Notes under the pieces: model-generated
Seen by the model: only the letters and a program-made list of their open reading frames with translations
The model's database searches: none
Told to the model about the DNA's origin: nothing
In this document: positions 19,472 through 28,606 of the stretch, piece after piece
Position numbering within the stretch: position 1 is the stretch's first letter
Layout: the number at the start of each line of letters is the position of its first letter
Made by a program: the position numbers and the translations under genes
Assembly: GCA_964618295.1 (NCBI GenBank)
Contig: CAZTWV010000014.1
Location: 1,288 to 65,287, forward strand
Length of the DNA stretch: 64,000 nucleotides
DNA from: an uncultured Anaerolineales bacterium
Lineage (GTDB): Bacteria > Chloroflexota > Anaerolineae > Anaerolineales > UBA11858
Reading direction: 5' to 3'

Positions 19472-20554
19472 TTGTCTGATTATTCTATTTTGATTGTTGA
19501 TGATGATCCGGATGCAATCCGGCTCCAGTCTTCCCTGATAAAGACTCTCGGTTATAAAGTCAGTGGGGCGACGCGGGCACAGGATGCACTTGAGTTCTAT
19601 AAGAATCACAAGCCGGATCTGGTGGTGACAGATCTGCGGATGCCGGATCTGGATGGATTAAGTTTACTGAAAAAAATCCGCCAGTTTGACCCAAAAGCAA
19701 AGGTTGCGATTCTTACCGCCTACGGCGAAAAAGAAACTGTTGCCCAGGCATTCCGACTCGGGGCAGTGGAGTTCCTGGAGAAGCCTTTAAGAACTCAGGA
19801 TTTGCTGGAAGCGGTGGATCAATTAGTAAAGCAGGAAGATCAAGCGCTGGAAGGTGACCTGCGGATGATGAGCCTGGCCAGCATCATTCAAATTAACTGT
19901 GAAGAGAGAAATCAAGCTTACCTCAGGCTGGTCAGCGAAGGGCGGGATGGACAGATCTATTTTTCAGAGGGTGAAATTGTTCATGCTGATATCGGAGATG
20001 TGGTTGGAGAGACAGCGATTTACGAGATGCTGGGATGGAAAGCCGGGTCGTTCCAATTAAAACTCGGAGTTTCGCCTCCTGAAAGAACGATCCACCAGGG
20101 ATGGTCTGGTTTACTGCTGGAAGGTATGCGCCGCCTGGACGAGTCCACAGCGGGTTGGAGCACGGTTTGGGAGGGTGAAATTAAGGCTGAACCCTCCCCG
20201 GAAGATATTTTACAGCCCCGAATTGCCCGGGCATTAACAAGCCTGGATGAGATTGAGGGAGTTTTGATATGCGATCCGTCTGGTCAGATCCTCGGTTATT
20301 CTGGATCCCGGAGCTCAGATAAGATTGCAGGATTGGTGCAGGTATTAATTGAACAGGCTTTGAGATTAAGCGAGCTGCTGAACGGATCCAAATCAAAGGG
20401 CCTTGAACGTTTGGTATTGAGTGGAGATGTGTCAAAAGCGCTGCTTTTCCCTTACAAGGACAACTTTTTTTATATATCCCTGACCCGCCGGGCATCCATA
20501 GATGCTGTCTGGCAAAGCATTAATCGAACCTTGAAGCGTTATAGATCGGCCTGA
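19472..20554 (+). CDS. response-regulator receiver + DUF4388/PATAN + Roadblock/LC7 three-domain protein
   Basis: REC: ILIVDDDPD...DLVVTDLRMPDLDG...ILTAYG. PATAN: LASIIQINCEERNQAYLRLVSEGRDGQIYFSEGEIVHADIG..GETAIYEMLGWKAGSFQL. The C-terminus is Roadblock-like (LDEIEGVLICDPSGQILGYSG...). Confidence 0.7.
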   Translation: MSDYSILIVDDDPDAIRLQSSLIKTLGYKVSGATRAQDALEFYKNHKPDLVVTDLRMPDLDGLSLLKKIRQFDPKAKVAILTAYGEKETVAQAFRLGAVEFLEKPLRTQDLLEAVDQLVKQEDQALEGDLRMMSLASIIQINCEERNQAYLRLVSEGRDGQIYFSEGEIVHADIGDVVGETAIYEMLGWKAGSFQLKLGVSPPERTIHQGWSGLLLEGMRRLDESTAGWSTVWEGEIKAEPSPEDILQPRIARALTSLDEIEGVLICDPSGQILGYSGSRSSDKIAGLVQVLIEQALRLSELLNGSKSKGLERLVLSGDVSKALLFPYKDNFFYISLTRRASIDAVWQSINRTLKRYRSA

Positions 20555-20569
20555 GCAAGGAGGGCAAGT

Positions 20570-21580
20570 ATGATTTTCCCCAAAGATAATGCGGTGTACC
20601 AGAACTTGAATACATCCTTCACGAATTTTGCTGAACTGCTTGTGGATCTCAAGGAGAACAGTTTTACCGGCTGTGTTCAGGTCAGCTATTGGGAATATGA
20701 AGGTGTTCTCCTGCTTGACAGCGGGAGTGTTGTCAATGCAGTAGAGGAGATGGGAGGGAACCAGCTCTTTGGTCCGGATGCAGCAAAAAGAGTGACAACC
20801 CGGGCCCGGGACAAAGATGGTTCAATCAGTGTCTTTGCACTTTCTGGAGAGATGGTGACGATGCTTGCCAGCGTCGCTAAAAGCGAAGTGATTTTTGAGG
20901 ATTTGAGCACAGAATTCACCAGTTTGGAAGCGCTGATCACAAAACTTCGCTCTGAAGATCATACCGGTTACATTGAGGTTGATATCAAGGATGATCCCCG
21001 GGTCGGGTATATCTTCCTGCTGGCTGGCAGGGTGATTGAGAGCTTGATCACTTCGCAGGGCGAAGAAATCTCAGGAACATCCATTTTGCCCCGGATTGTA
21101 GATTACGCATCCACCCGGGGAGCGACTTTCAGTGTCTATCGTTCTGCCGTGGAACAGGCCTTGGAGGACAGTGAGGAGATTATGGTCAGTTTTGACCTGC
21201 CTCAGCTTTTGGAAGTCTGGCAGGATATCCTCTCAGTGTCTGAAGCGGCTGTGGATCGTCATACAAAACCAAATCATTTTTTGAATACTTATAAAGAGAC
21301 CCTGATTGGGATCGCCGATGAGTACCCCTTCCTGGATCCCTTTGCGGCGAAGTTCCAGTACCAGAATGGTGAGATCAAATTTTCCGGTGAAGCCCGAAAA
21401 AATTTCAGCCAGGGGATTGCGTCCGGATTGCTCGGAACGCTCGAGAATATTGATGCCCAGCTCTCAAATGTGGATTTGCTGGCTGAAGTTCGGGCAGACC
21501 TGGGGCAGGTAAAACAGGAGCATTCGGAATTGATAGAGCGCTTCAATCTCAGTGTGCTGCTGCCGGGATTGCTGGTTTGA
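20570..21580 (+). CDS. protein with two tandem DUF4388/PATAN-like modules
   Basis: Two repeats of the pattern (s/h)fTG-x-v/i-x-V ... G-x-l-l-l-x-G-x-V-x-x-A/S are present (FTGCVQVSYWEYEGVLLLDSGSVVNA and HTGYIEVDIKDDPRVGYIFLLAGRVIES). Good RBS. Confidence 0.45.
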   Translation: MIFPKDNAVYQNLNTSFTNFAELLVDLKENSFTGCVQVSYWEYEGVLLLDSGSVVNAVEEMGGNQLFGPDAAKRVTTRARDKDGSISVFALSGEMVTMLASVAKSEVIFEDLSTEFTSLEALITKLRSEDHTGYIEVDIKDDPRVGYIFLLAGRVIESLITSQGEEISGTSILPRIVDYASTRGATFSVYRSAVEQALEDSEEIMVSFDLPQLLEVWQDILSVSEAAVDRHTKPNHFLNTYKETLIGIADEYPFLDPFAAKFQYQNGEIKFSGEARKNFSQGIASGLLGTLENIDAQLSNVDLLAEVRADLGQVKQEHSELIERFNLSVLLPGLLV

Positions 21581-21590
21581 ACGGAGAAAT

Positions 21591-21974
21591 ATGGAAAACG
21601 GATTAAACGAAATACAATCAGTGCAGGGGGTTCAGGCTTGTTTTGTGGCGGATAATGTTGGGAAGATTTACGCCTCGGCCCCTGGACCTGGATTGGACGA
21701 TCGAGATTTGCAGGATATCAGCCGTTTGTGTCTTGAAGCGTTAGTTGCTGTGGACCAGGTAGAAGATCAAATAACCGAGCTGGATTTTTCAACCTCGGCT
21801 GCCACAGTATTGGTGCGGGATTACAACTCATATATCCTGGTGATACTCTGTGATCCTGATGTCAATACCTCGTTAATCCGTCTCAGTATTAATGTAGTCA
21901 GCAGCCAGTGGCAGGAAGACCAAAATATCCAGCGCCGAATTGAAAATCATCAGATGGTTCGAGAGGTATTGTAA
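21591..21974 (+). CDS. Roadblock/LC7 (MglB-like) domain protein
   Basis: ATG at 21591 after ggag. LNEIQSVQGVQACFVADNVGKIYAS ... ITELDFSTSAATVLVRDYNSYILVILCD fits the Roadblock alpha-beta-alpha pattern. Confidence 0.6.
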   Translation: MENGLNEIQSVQGVQACFVADNVGKIYASAPGPGLDDRDLQDISRLCLEALVAVDQVEDQITELDFSTSAATVLVRDYNSYILVILCDPDVNTSLIRLSINVVSSQWQEDQNIQRRIENHQMVREVL

Positions 21975-22033
21975 AGAAATCGAAATAATGTTTACGGTTA
22001 TAATCAAAGCAAGAACGCACGAGGAGACATATT

Positions 22034-22819
22034 ATGCCTGAGGTATTAAGGGGCAATTTAGCCCAGCTTCCGCTGCTGGATATCATTAAGATGCTCAGCG
22101 CGGGCAAGCGCAGCGGCCGTTTAGATCTTATCCAGGGTGCCAAACGGGGCGAAATTTACCTGGAAAGTGGAAATCTGATCCATGCGGTGACCGGGACCCA
22201 GATGGGTGAAGCCGGTGTATACGCACTGCTGGGATGGCTGGAAGGTGATTTCAGTTTTGTGCCGGATGTTCAGGCTCCAGAAGAATCCATTGCTCTGACA
22301 ACGGAGCAGATGCTGTTGGAGGCATCCCGGAAAGCTGAACAGTGGGAAGATATTAAAGAAGTTATTTCCACCACGGATATGGTTTTCAATATCTCCCCCT
22401 CCGGATCGACAAATACGGTCAGCCTGAAGCCGATTGAATGGCAGGTGCTGGCCCAGATCAATGGGGTTCGGAGTGTAGCCGATGTGGCAGAAATCCTGGA
22501 GCTGGACGAATTTGATGTGGCAAAGATAATCTTCAGCCTGGTCACTGCAGGTTTGCTGCATGAATCTGCCGAACCAACTGCCCGTTATCAAAATCTGGTG
22601 GCGGAAGATTTCTTCCCGCGGCTGACCGAAGCCTATACAGAAATTCTGGGACCGATGGGACCGGTGATTATTGATGATGAAGTAGCAGCAATGGGTGAGT
22701 CCCGGGATGCATTCCCGCAGCAAAAAGCAGCTGAACTTGTAGAACGGATGAGCCTGGAAATCGCGGATTCTGGAAAACGAACTGAGTTCCAGAAATTTAT
22801 GCTTGAACTGCTTCAATAA
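22034..22819 (+). CDS. DUF4388/PATAN domain protein
   Basis: LRGNLAQLPLLDIIKMLSAGKRSGRLDLIQGAKRGEIYLESGNLIHAVTGTQMGEAGVYALLGWLEGDFSF is a textbook DUF4388 N-terminus. Confidence 0.7.
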   Translation: MPEVLRGNLAQLPLLDIIKMLSAGKRSGRLDLIQGAKRGEIYLESGNLIHAVTGTQMGEAGVYALLGWLEGDFSFVPDVQAPEESIALTTEQMLLEASRKAEQWEDIKEVISTTDMVFNISPSGSTNTVSLKPIEWQVLAQINGVRSVADVAEILELDEFDVAKIIFSLVTAGLLHESAEPTARYQNLVAEDFFPRLTEAYTEILGPMGPVIIDDEVAAMGESRDAFPQQKAAELVERMSLEIADSGKRTEFQKFMLELLQ

Positions 22820-22893
22820 AAATGTTTATGACACCACCTCCCTTGCAGAGAGATGCTGCACCGATAAGAAGCTGGTGATAAGGAGAAGAAGAT

Positions 22894-23697
22894 ATGAAAC
22901 TCTCAACTTTACGGAAATATGTGATTGGGTTTGGAATTGTGGTGATTCTGCTGGTGGTGACTTCATTTTTAAGTGTGAATTATCTCCGCTCCAGCCTGGA
23001 TGTAACCGTCGATTTGATAAATCTTCAGGAAGTTGTTCAAGCTACCAACAGCCTTGAAAGAGCCTTGCTTGAAGAGCGGATCGCTCTGGGAAAATACGTT
23101 CTGACCGGGGTTTCAGGCCAGCTGGATAGGATTGAGGACGCCCGGAATACCTATAATCAGCGCTGGGCTGTCGTTGCCAATGCCCTGGAAGACAGCAACC
23201 CGGAAGGAGTGGCTGCCGTGGATGATGCCCGCCGGACCTACATCTCCTTGCTGGAAAATGCGATAACTGCTTATCAGTCCAACCCGGATGATATTTCGGC
23301 GGCAGTGATTTTTATTGGCAACCTGGATTCCTATTCAAACGACACCCTGGGACCCCTGCTGGATGATCTGGATGAACCCGAGCTGGCGCGCTTGATTGAG
23401 TTAACAGGCCGGGAACGGACCCGCGCCACCCGGCTTTCCCTGGTCTATAATGTCCTCAGCGTGCTCAGCCTCGTGGTCGGGGTTGCGATGATTGTTGCCA
23501 TGGTCTTTGTCTTCAACTTTACCCGGAATGTAATTGATTCTGTCGCCCATTTAATTGAAGCTTCGGATGCAATTTCCCGCGGTGACCTGGATGTCCCGAT
23601 TGATGTCTCAATGGGTGGGGATATGCAGACCCTGGCGGAATCTATTGAACGGATGCGCACCAGTTTGAAAGCTGCCATTGAACGGCTGCGCCGCTAG
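22894..23697 (+). CDS. membrane receptor-like protein: TM - helical ectodomain - TM - HAMP, no output domain
   Basis: Two TM helices (IGFGIVVILLVVTSFL and LSVLSLVVGVAMIVAMVFVF). A HAMP-like segment ends the protein (IDSVAHLIEASDAISRGDLDVPIDVS...LAESIERMRTSLKAAIERL). Confidence 0.65.
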   Translation: MKLSTLRKYVIGFGIVVILLVVTSFLSVNYLRSSLDVTVDLINLQEVVQATNSLERALLEERIALGKYVLTGVSGQLDRIEDARNTYNQRWAVVANALEDSNPEGVAAVDDARRTYISLLENAITAYQSNPDDISAAVIFIGNLDSYSNDTLGPLLDDLDEPELARLIELTGRERTRATRLSLVYNVLSVLSLVVGVAMIVAMVFVFNFTRNVIDSVAHLIEASDAISRGDLDVPIDVSMGGDMQTLAESIERMRTSLKAAIERLRR

Positions 23698-23788
23698 TAA
23701 AACGAAACCTACAGAAAGGGATCCCCGAAATTATGACCATCACCATCCTCCTCAGGATGAACCGTGGACTGCAAAGAGGAGAGCTTTT

Positions 23789-24280
23789 ATGACAAGACGA
23801 TTGGAATTACCTGAGGAACTTCTGGATCGGATAGATTATATCCTTGATCACCTGATGCAAAAAGCACATACAGATTGTGTTTTGCTGGCAGATATCAGCG
23901 GCCAGCTGATATCCACCCAGGGAATTATGGAGGAGGGAGAGCCGACGACTGTCGCTGCCCTGGCTGCGGGCGATGTGGCCGCAATGGGAGAACTCTCCAC
24001 GCGGATTGGGGAATCAGATCCTCATGGTTCCTTTTTTCATGAAGGGGAAACTAAGAGCATCTACCTTCATAATATCGCCGGAAGCTTTATCCTGATCGTG
24101 ATTTTCCGTACAGAAACTCCTATAGGACTGGTCCGGTTGTTTGCTAAACGGGCTGCGGAGCAGCTCCAACCTCTAACGGAAGAATTTGAAAAAGTGATGG
24201 GAGATCAGGGCCCTCTGAATCCAGAAGATTTCAGCAAAGGTCTGACCCAGGAGCTGGAGAATACCTTCCTGGATGATTAG
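23789..24280 (+). CDS. Roadblock/LC7 (MglB-like) domain protein
   Basis: ATG at 23789 after agaggag. LDHLMQKAHTDCVLLADISGQLISTQG...AALAAGDVAAMGEL...KSIYLHNIAGSFILIVIF matches the Roadblock fold pattern. Confidence 0.65.
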   Translation: MTRRLELPEELLDRIDYILDHLMQKAHTDCVLLADISGQLISTQGIMEEGEPTTVAALAAGDVAAMGELSTRIGESDPHGSFFHEGETKSIYLHNIAGSFILIVIFRTETPIGLVRLFAKRAAEQLQPLTEEFEKVMGDQGPLNPEDFSKGLTQELENTFLDD

Positions 24281-24297
24281 CAGGATCGATTGTTGGT

Positions 24298-24894
24298 ATG
24301 TTTATTAATTGGAAATTACGCGAAATAAACCTAAAGATCGTATACTACGGTCCATCTTTAAGCGGTAAAACTACCTCGCTGCAGTATATCCACAGCAAAA
24401 CCCACCCGGAGCGCCGGGGAGAATTGGTTTCGCTCAAAACACGGGAGGACCGCACCCTTTATTTTGATTTTATGCAGTTTCAACTGGGTGAAATTGGCGG
24501 CCTGAAACCGAAATTTAATATTTACACCGTTCCGGGTCAGGTCTATTACCGGGGGACGCGGAAACTTGTTTTGAAAGGGGTTGATGGAATTGTCTTCGTG
24601 GCCGATTCCCAGGCGGTGCGGTTAAACGAAAATGTCCAGGCGATCCGGGATCTAAAAGAAGACCTCAAGGAACTGGGCTTTTTACCCCGGGATATTCCAA
24701 TTATTCTGCAGTGCAATAAACGAGATTTATCCAATATAGTCCCGGTGGAGACTCTCAAATCTCATCTGGGTTTAAATGGAGTACCGACATTTGAGAGCGT
24801 AGCCGTGCAGGGAACAGGCGTGCTGGATGGTTTGAAATCAATTGTCAATCAAGTCGTGCGGAAAGTACAGGGAAAATTGAGCCCGGGTTCCTGA
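24298..24894 (+). CDS. mglA: MglA-family Ras-like small GTPase
   Basis: Collinear with Myxococcus MglA as I recall it: INLKIVYYGPSLSGKTTSLQYI (P-loop), DRTLYFDF, YTVPGQVYY (MglA-type switch II), GVDGIVFVADSQ, QCNKRDL (NKxD). Confidence 0.88.
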   Translation: MFINWKLREINLKIVYYGPSLSGKTTSLQYIHSKTHPERRGELVSLKTREDRTLYFDFMQFQLGEIGGLKPKFNIYTVPGQVYYRGTRKLVLKGVDGIVFVADSQAVRLNENVQAIRDLKEDLKELGFLPRDIPIILQCNKRDLSNIVPVETLKSHLGLNGVPTFESVAVQGTGVLDGLKSIVNQVVRKVQGKLSPGS

Positions 24895-24908
24895 TCAAGG
24901 AGAACAAC

Positions 24909-25301
24909 GTGACCCCGAAGAAACCCTGGATGGGTGGCGATCCTTCATCTTCATTTGACGATATTCTCGCAGAATTAAATCACAAAGGTGATTTTTTGTT
25001 TTCAGTCCTGACCACCGAGGAAGGACTTCCCATTGCTTTTCACCCGGGAAATCAGAAATATAATCAAGCATCAGCCATGACTGCACTCCTAAATCAGGTC
25101 AGCCAGCAAACCCGAACTTTGCTGGATCTGGATGATCTGGACGAAATCATGATCCGGACTCAAGACAAAACCCGGCTTGTGATTCGCCCAATCCGGGTTG
25201 AGGGAGAACGAGTTTTGTTAAGTGTTTTGATTTCCTCTGAAACTTACTACCGACAGCTGACAAATCAGGCAATCAACCGTGTGCATGATTTGATTGAGTA
25301 G
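24909..25301 (+). CDS. Roadblock/LC7 domain protein (MglB-like, candidate GAP partner)
   Basis: GTG start after aaggag. FDDILAELNHKGDFLFSVLTTEEGLPIA...ASAMTALLNQ...DEIMIRTQDKTRLVIRPI fits Roadblock. It lies directly downstream of mglA. Confidence 0.6.
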   Translation: MTPKKPWMGGDPSSSFDDILAELNHKGDFLFSVLTTEEGLPIAFHPGNQKYNQASAMTALLNQVSQQTRTLLDLDDLDEIMIRTQDKTRLVIRPIRVEGERVLLSVLISSETYYRQLTNQAINRVHDLIE

Positions 25302-25327
25302 ATAACCTTTTTGTAAATTAAAGCTAA

Positions 25328-25359
25328 ACGCCCGGGACAGCTGTCCCGGGCGTTTTTTT
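25328..25359. terminator. bidirectional Rho-independent terminator between convergent genes
   Basis: Perfect 13-bp palindrome acgcccgggacag/ctgtcccgggcgt, flanked by aaa on the left and ttttttt on the right. Confidence 0.8.
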
Positions 25360-25379
25360 ACTTAGATTGAATTTTTTTA

Positions 25380-27074
25380 TCAGGGCAGATAACCAATCAC
25401 ATCAAAAGTATCCATGATCCGGACCATGGCGTCAACATCTGCATCGTTGATCATCTGAACCTGGACCAGCACCAGATATTCGGTTGGCGCAGCACTCGGA
25501 CGGGCGCCAATTACCACCACGCCTGCATCAGGACCGCACTGCCAGAAATCGTAGGCGCCTTCGTAGACCTGGTCAATATAGTCCTCCCTTTCCACCCATT
25601 CACAGGAGTCCTCGTACCAAAATTTCACCCCATCCAGGAGCTGGATGTAACCTCCAATTGCGCCCCAATCCCGGGAGGCGGAGAAGGTGACCCCGCTGGC
25701 CTCGTACATGGAATTGAAGTCAATCAAGAAAGGCGCAGCGGTGACAGAGGCGGCGGTGAAGTACAGGTCACCCCAGTAGTCCTGCCATAAAGTGCCGTCA
25801 ATATCATCCCAGCCGTAAGGGACATCAACAGAGAGGGCAAAATATTCGTCGGTGATATTCATGTATCCGTCGTCATAGACATCCACAATCAAACCGCCGA
25901 TTGCGGGTCCACCACTGGTGTTTCCGCCAGTATTCCCGGTATTGGTGTTTGCGTTGGCATTGTTGTTTGATACAACGGGTGCCGGACCAATCACTGCCAG
26001 TTTCCTTCCGTTGATCTGGCCTTCCAACACTTCATCTGTATCATAGCGCAGGACCTCGACTTCCAGGGTGCTGTTTGCTCCCTGGGTGCGGATAATATCG
26101 CAGTAGGTTGACATTGTACCGTCGGTAGCCAGGGGGAAGTTTTCCATCGCAGTGATCACATCTCCGGGCTGAACGCCGGCTTCATCGGCTGGGGATCCGG
26201 AATTTACGGATGATACCCAGATCCCGGAAAGTGTCCCGTCCGTTGTCACAACAGCCAGGCCGTTGATGCCAAGAGTATCCACATTTCGTTCCCGGCTGAG
26301 CGAATCAATGACTGGTAATGCAGCATCCCGGCCGATCGCAAAGCTCTGGGTGGTCAGGGTGCTTGTTGCATAGTTGACTCCTACCACCTGGCCGTTTGCG
26401 TTGACCAGCGGCCCCCCGGAATTTCCGGGGTTGATGGTGGCATCATGTTCAATTACGGAGTTGACCGAGGACCAATCAGATTCGCCGTCGGCATCTTTCT
26501 TGGAGACAATCCCTTTGGTAAGGGTGTACTGTGGTTCTCCCAGCGGGAAGCCAGCCGCATAAATTTCCAGGCCGACGTTAATGGGGTCTGGATACCATTC
26601 CAGGTAAGGGAATCCATCCCCTTCAATATCAATAACAGCCAGGTCCGAGCACTCTGATACCGCCAGGATCCGGGCGTTGTAGGTTTTGGAGTGATCCCCG
26701 CCGATGTAGACATTGATCAAAGCCGCGCCGGTCACCACGTGGTTATTGGTAACTGCCAGACCGGAGGGGGCAATGATAAAACCGCTTCCGGATCCGAAGC
26801 TGGGCTGGAAGCCAAATTCCGGATCAACGAAGGTTCCCTGAGATTCGATTTGAATCACGGCCTGCTGGACATCTTCCAGGCTGGTCACCAGATTTTCCGG
26901 GACTGGAGGTGTGGTCGGCTCAGGTTGGGTTGTGGGCAGGGCCTGCGTGCGCGGTGTTGCCGTGGGCGGAACCGGGGTCGGTTCAGGTGGTGAAAGAATC
27001 GAACAAGATGTACCCAGAATGGATATGATAACTAAAAGACCGATAATGTTACGTTTAGTGATAAGGTTGGACAC
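25380..27074 (-). CDS. HtrA/DegP-like trypsin-fold serine protease with PDZ domain and extra C-terminal domain
   Basis: GSGFIIAPSGLAVTNNHVV (His), AVIDIEGD (Asp) and INPGNSGGPLVN (Ser). PDZ segment GIWVSSVNSGSPADEAGVQPGDVITAM. The start is set at the GTG at 27074, 6 nt after AGGAGG (the ORF track starts at 27113). Confidence 0.85.
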   Translation of the reverse strand: MSNLITKRNIIGLLVIISILGTSCSILSPPEPTPVPPTATPRTQALPTTQPEPTTPPVPENLVTSLEDVQQAVIQIESQGTFVDPEFGFQPSFGSGSGFIIAPSGLAVTNNHVVTGAALINVYIGGDHSKTYNARILAVSECSDLAVIDIEGDGFPYLEWYPDPINVGLEIYAAGFPLGEPQYTLTKGIVSKKDADGESDWSSVNSVIEHDATINPGNSGGPLVNANGQVVGVNYATSTLTTQSFAIGRDAALPVIDSLSRERNVDTLGINGLAVVTTDGTLSGIWVSSVNSGSPADEAGVQPGDVITAMENFPLATDGTMSTYCDIIRTQGANSTLEVEVLRYDTDEVLEGQINGRKLAVIGPAPVVSNNNANANTNTGNTGGNTSGGPAIGGLIVDVYDDGYMNITDEYFALSVDVPYGWDDIDGTLWQDYWGDLYFTAASVTAAPFLIDFNSMYEASGVTFSASRDWGAIGGYIQLLDGVKFWYEDSCEWVEREDYIDQVYEGAYDFWQCGPDAGVVVIGARPSAAPTEYLVLVQVQMINDADVDAMVRIMDTFDVIGYLP

Positions 27075-27374
27075 CAGATTCCTCCTGGGCTGCAGTTGGG
27101 AAACCTTTGCCAAACTGCAGACTGTGATTTCGGATTATGTGGATAGGATAGAATTTTTCTTCTGTAAATATATCCCACAACAGGGACCGGAACAAGGCAT
27201 GTACAGACGTTTTTCTTATCAGTTTTGTTATGCGGGCTCAATTGTTATCAATTGGGAACTTTTCGATCCCAACCAGATTCAGGCTGGGGGTGATGATAGA
27301 ATAGAAACAAGGAATGAAATGTCCATCAGACCAAAGCAGATTTATTGTTATTTTTAGTCCCCGAGGAGGCAGCC

Positions 27375-28169
27375 GTGGCGCAGAAAGACTTTCAAGATAT
27401 CAAGAAAATGCTGGCAAGTGAGGATCCAAAAGGCATTCACCAGGGTTTGTTGGGTGTCCGGGACGTGCTGCCGGACACCGACGCAGAGAATGCCCGGGTG
27501 CTGTTTGAAATGATCTCACCCCTCTTTTACATTGATGTGCTGGATCATCCTGAACTGGTTCCTGTCATGGATGAAGCCGTGGGGTTAATGGCGGATTTTG
27601 GGGAGCAGGCGATCCCAATTCTCCTTGAAACCCTGGATGCGGGAGATATGAAAGCCCAGCTGACGATTGGCCATGCATTTGGAAGAATTGGGGAAGAAGC
27701 CATTGAACCCCTGCTGGAGTCCTATAAATGTGAGGAGTCTCCAGAATGCCGGATTTTCCTGGCCTATGCCCTCGGAAAAATCCGTTCTCCGAAAGTTATT
27801 GATGCATTTGAGCCACTCCTGGAGGCGGCATCTTCGGACCATACGGAGCTGCGGGATACCGCGGTCCGGGCTCTGGGAGAATTTGTAGAAGTGATTCCTC
27901 CCGAGGACCTGCCGGAAGAATACAAGCAGGCCATGCTGGAAGAAATCCAGGACAACCTGGCCCATCCCAGCGCCGGAGTGCGCTCCAAAGCGATCCGGAG
28001 CTACGGCAAGCTGGCCCGCTTCGGCCATCTGACTCCTGAGGAACGCGAAAAATGCCGGGAGACCTGCGAACTGCTCCTGGGGGTGGATAAGAGTTTTGAT
28101 TGGGATCGGGCTTATATTGTCCGCAAGGAAGCCCAGGAAGCTCTGGACTGCCTGGAGGGATGTGACTGA
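27375..28169 (+). CDS. HEAT-repeat (PBS-lyase-like) protein
   Basis: Repeated helical units are present (AIPILLETLDAGD..., AIEPLLESYKCEESPECRIFLAYALGKIRSPKVIDAFEPLLEAASSDHTELRDTAVRALGEF). GTG at 27375, 6 nt after gaggagg. Confidence 0.65.
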   Translation: MAQKDFQDIKKMLASEDPKGIHQGLLGVRDVLPDTDAENARVLFEMISPLFYIDVLDHPELVPVMDEAVGLMADFGEQAIPILLETLDAGDMKAQLTIGHAFGRIGEEAIEPLLESYKCEESPECRIFLAYALGKIRSPKVIDAFEPLLEAASSDHTELRDTAVRALGEFVEVIPPEDLPEEYKQAMLEEIQDNLAHPSAGVRSKAIRSYGKLARFGHLTPEEREKCRETCELLLGVDKSFDWDRAYIVRKEAQEALDCLEGCD

Positions 28170-28606
28170 GGGGAAAGCGGTAGATTTATGAAGTTATTGG
28201 TGAATAGTGCAGCGAGCCAAAGGCTCGCTGCATATTTATTAAGGTCATCTAACGACTGGTGACTGCCCTTCCAGGATGCTGTGCAAAAATCACAGGCTGG
28301 AGATTGGCAAGTCCCACTTCAGAGGGACTAAAAAGCAAACCAGCAAGACGCTGGCGTAAGTAACGATGTTTCTTTATCAGTGTAAGTGCTTTATAAATCC
28401 AAAGTGATACCAGTAAACGGAAACAGTAAACATGAATTGTTGATGACGATCTTTGTGTTTGATGAATGTGATATAAATCTTATTCTGAAATTTCAACTCT
28501 GATATTTTGATTTGTGTAGGCATCCATTTTGATTCGCCATGAAAGACCATTGATTATCTGGTAGCTGGCAACCTCCGAGGTCGGGCTGTAGGGTACAATC
28601 CGGAAT

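Noticed and set aside
22121-22816. 231-aa ORF antisense to the DUF4388 gene. Similar long antisense ORFs occur at 39750..40619, 51525..52490, 51808..52644, 30616..31233, 32521..33147, 43556..44140, 44584..45123, 57146..57751, 57711..58331, 54073..54696 and 13744..14421.
   Set aside because: Each lies entirely inside a well-supported gene on the other strand. They lack RBSs and have Arg/Gly/Pro-rich or low-complexity compositions typical of shadow frames in GC-rich DNA.
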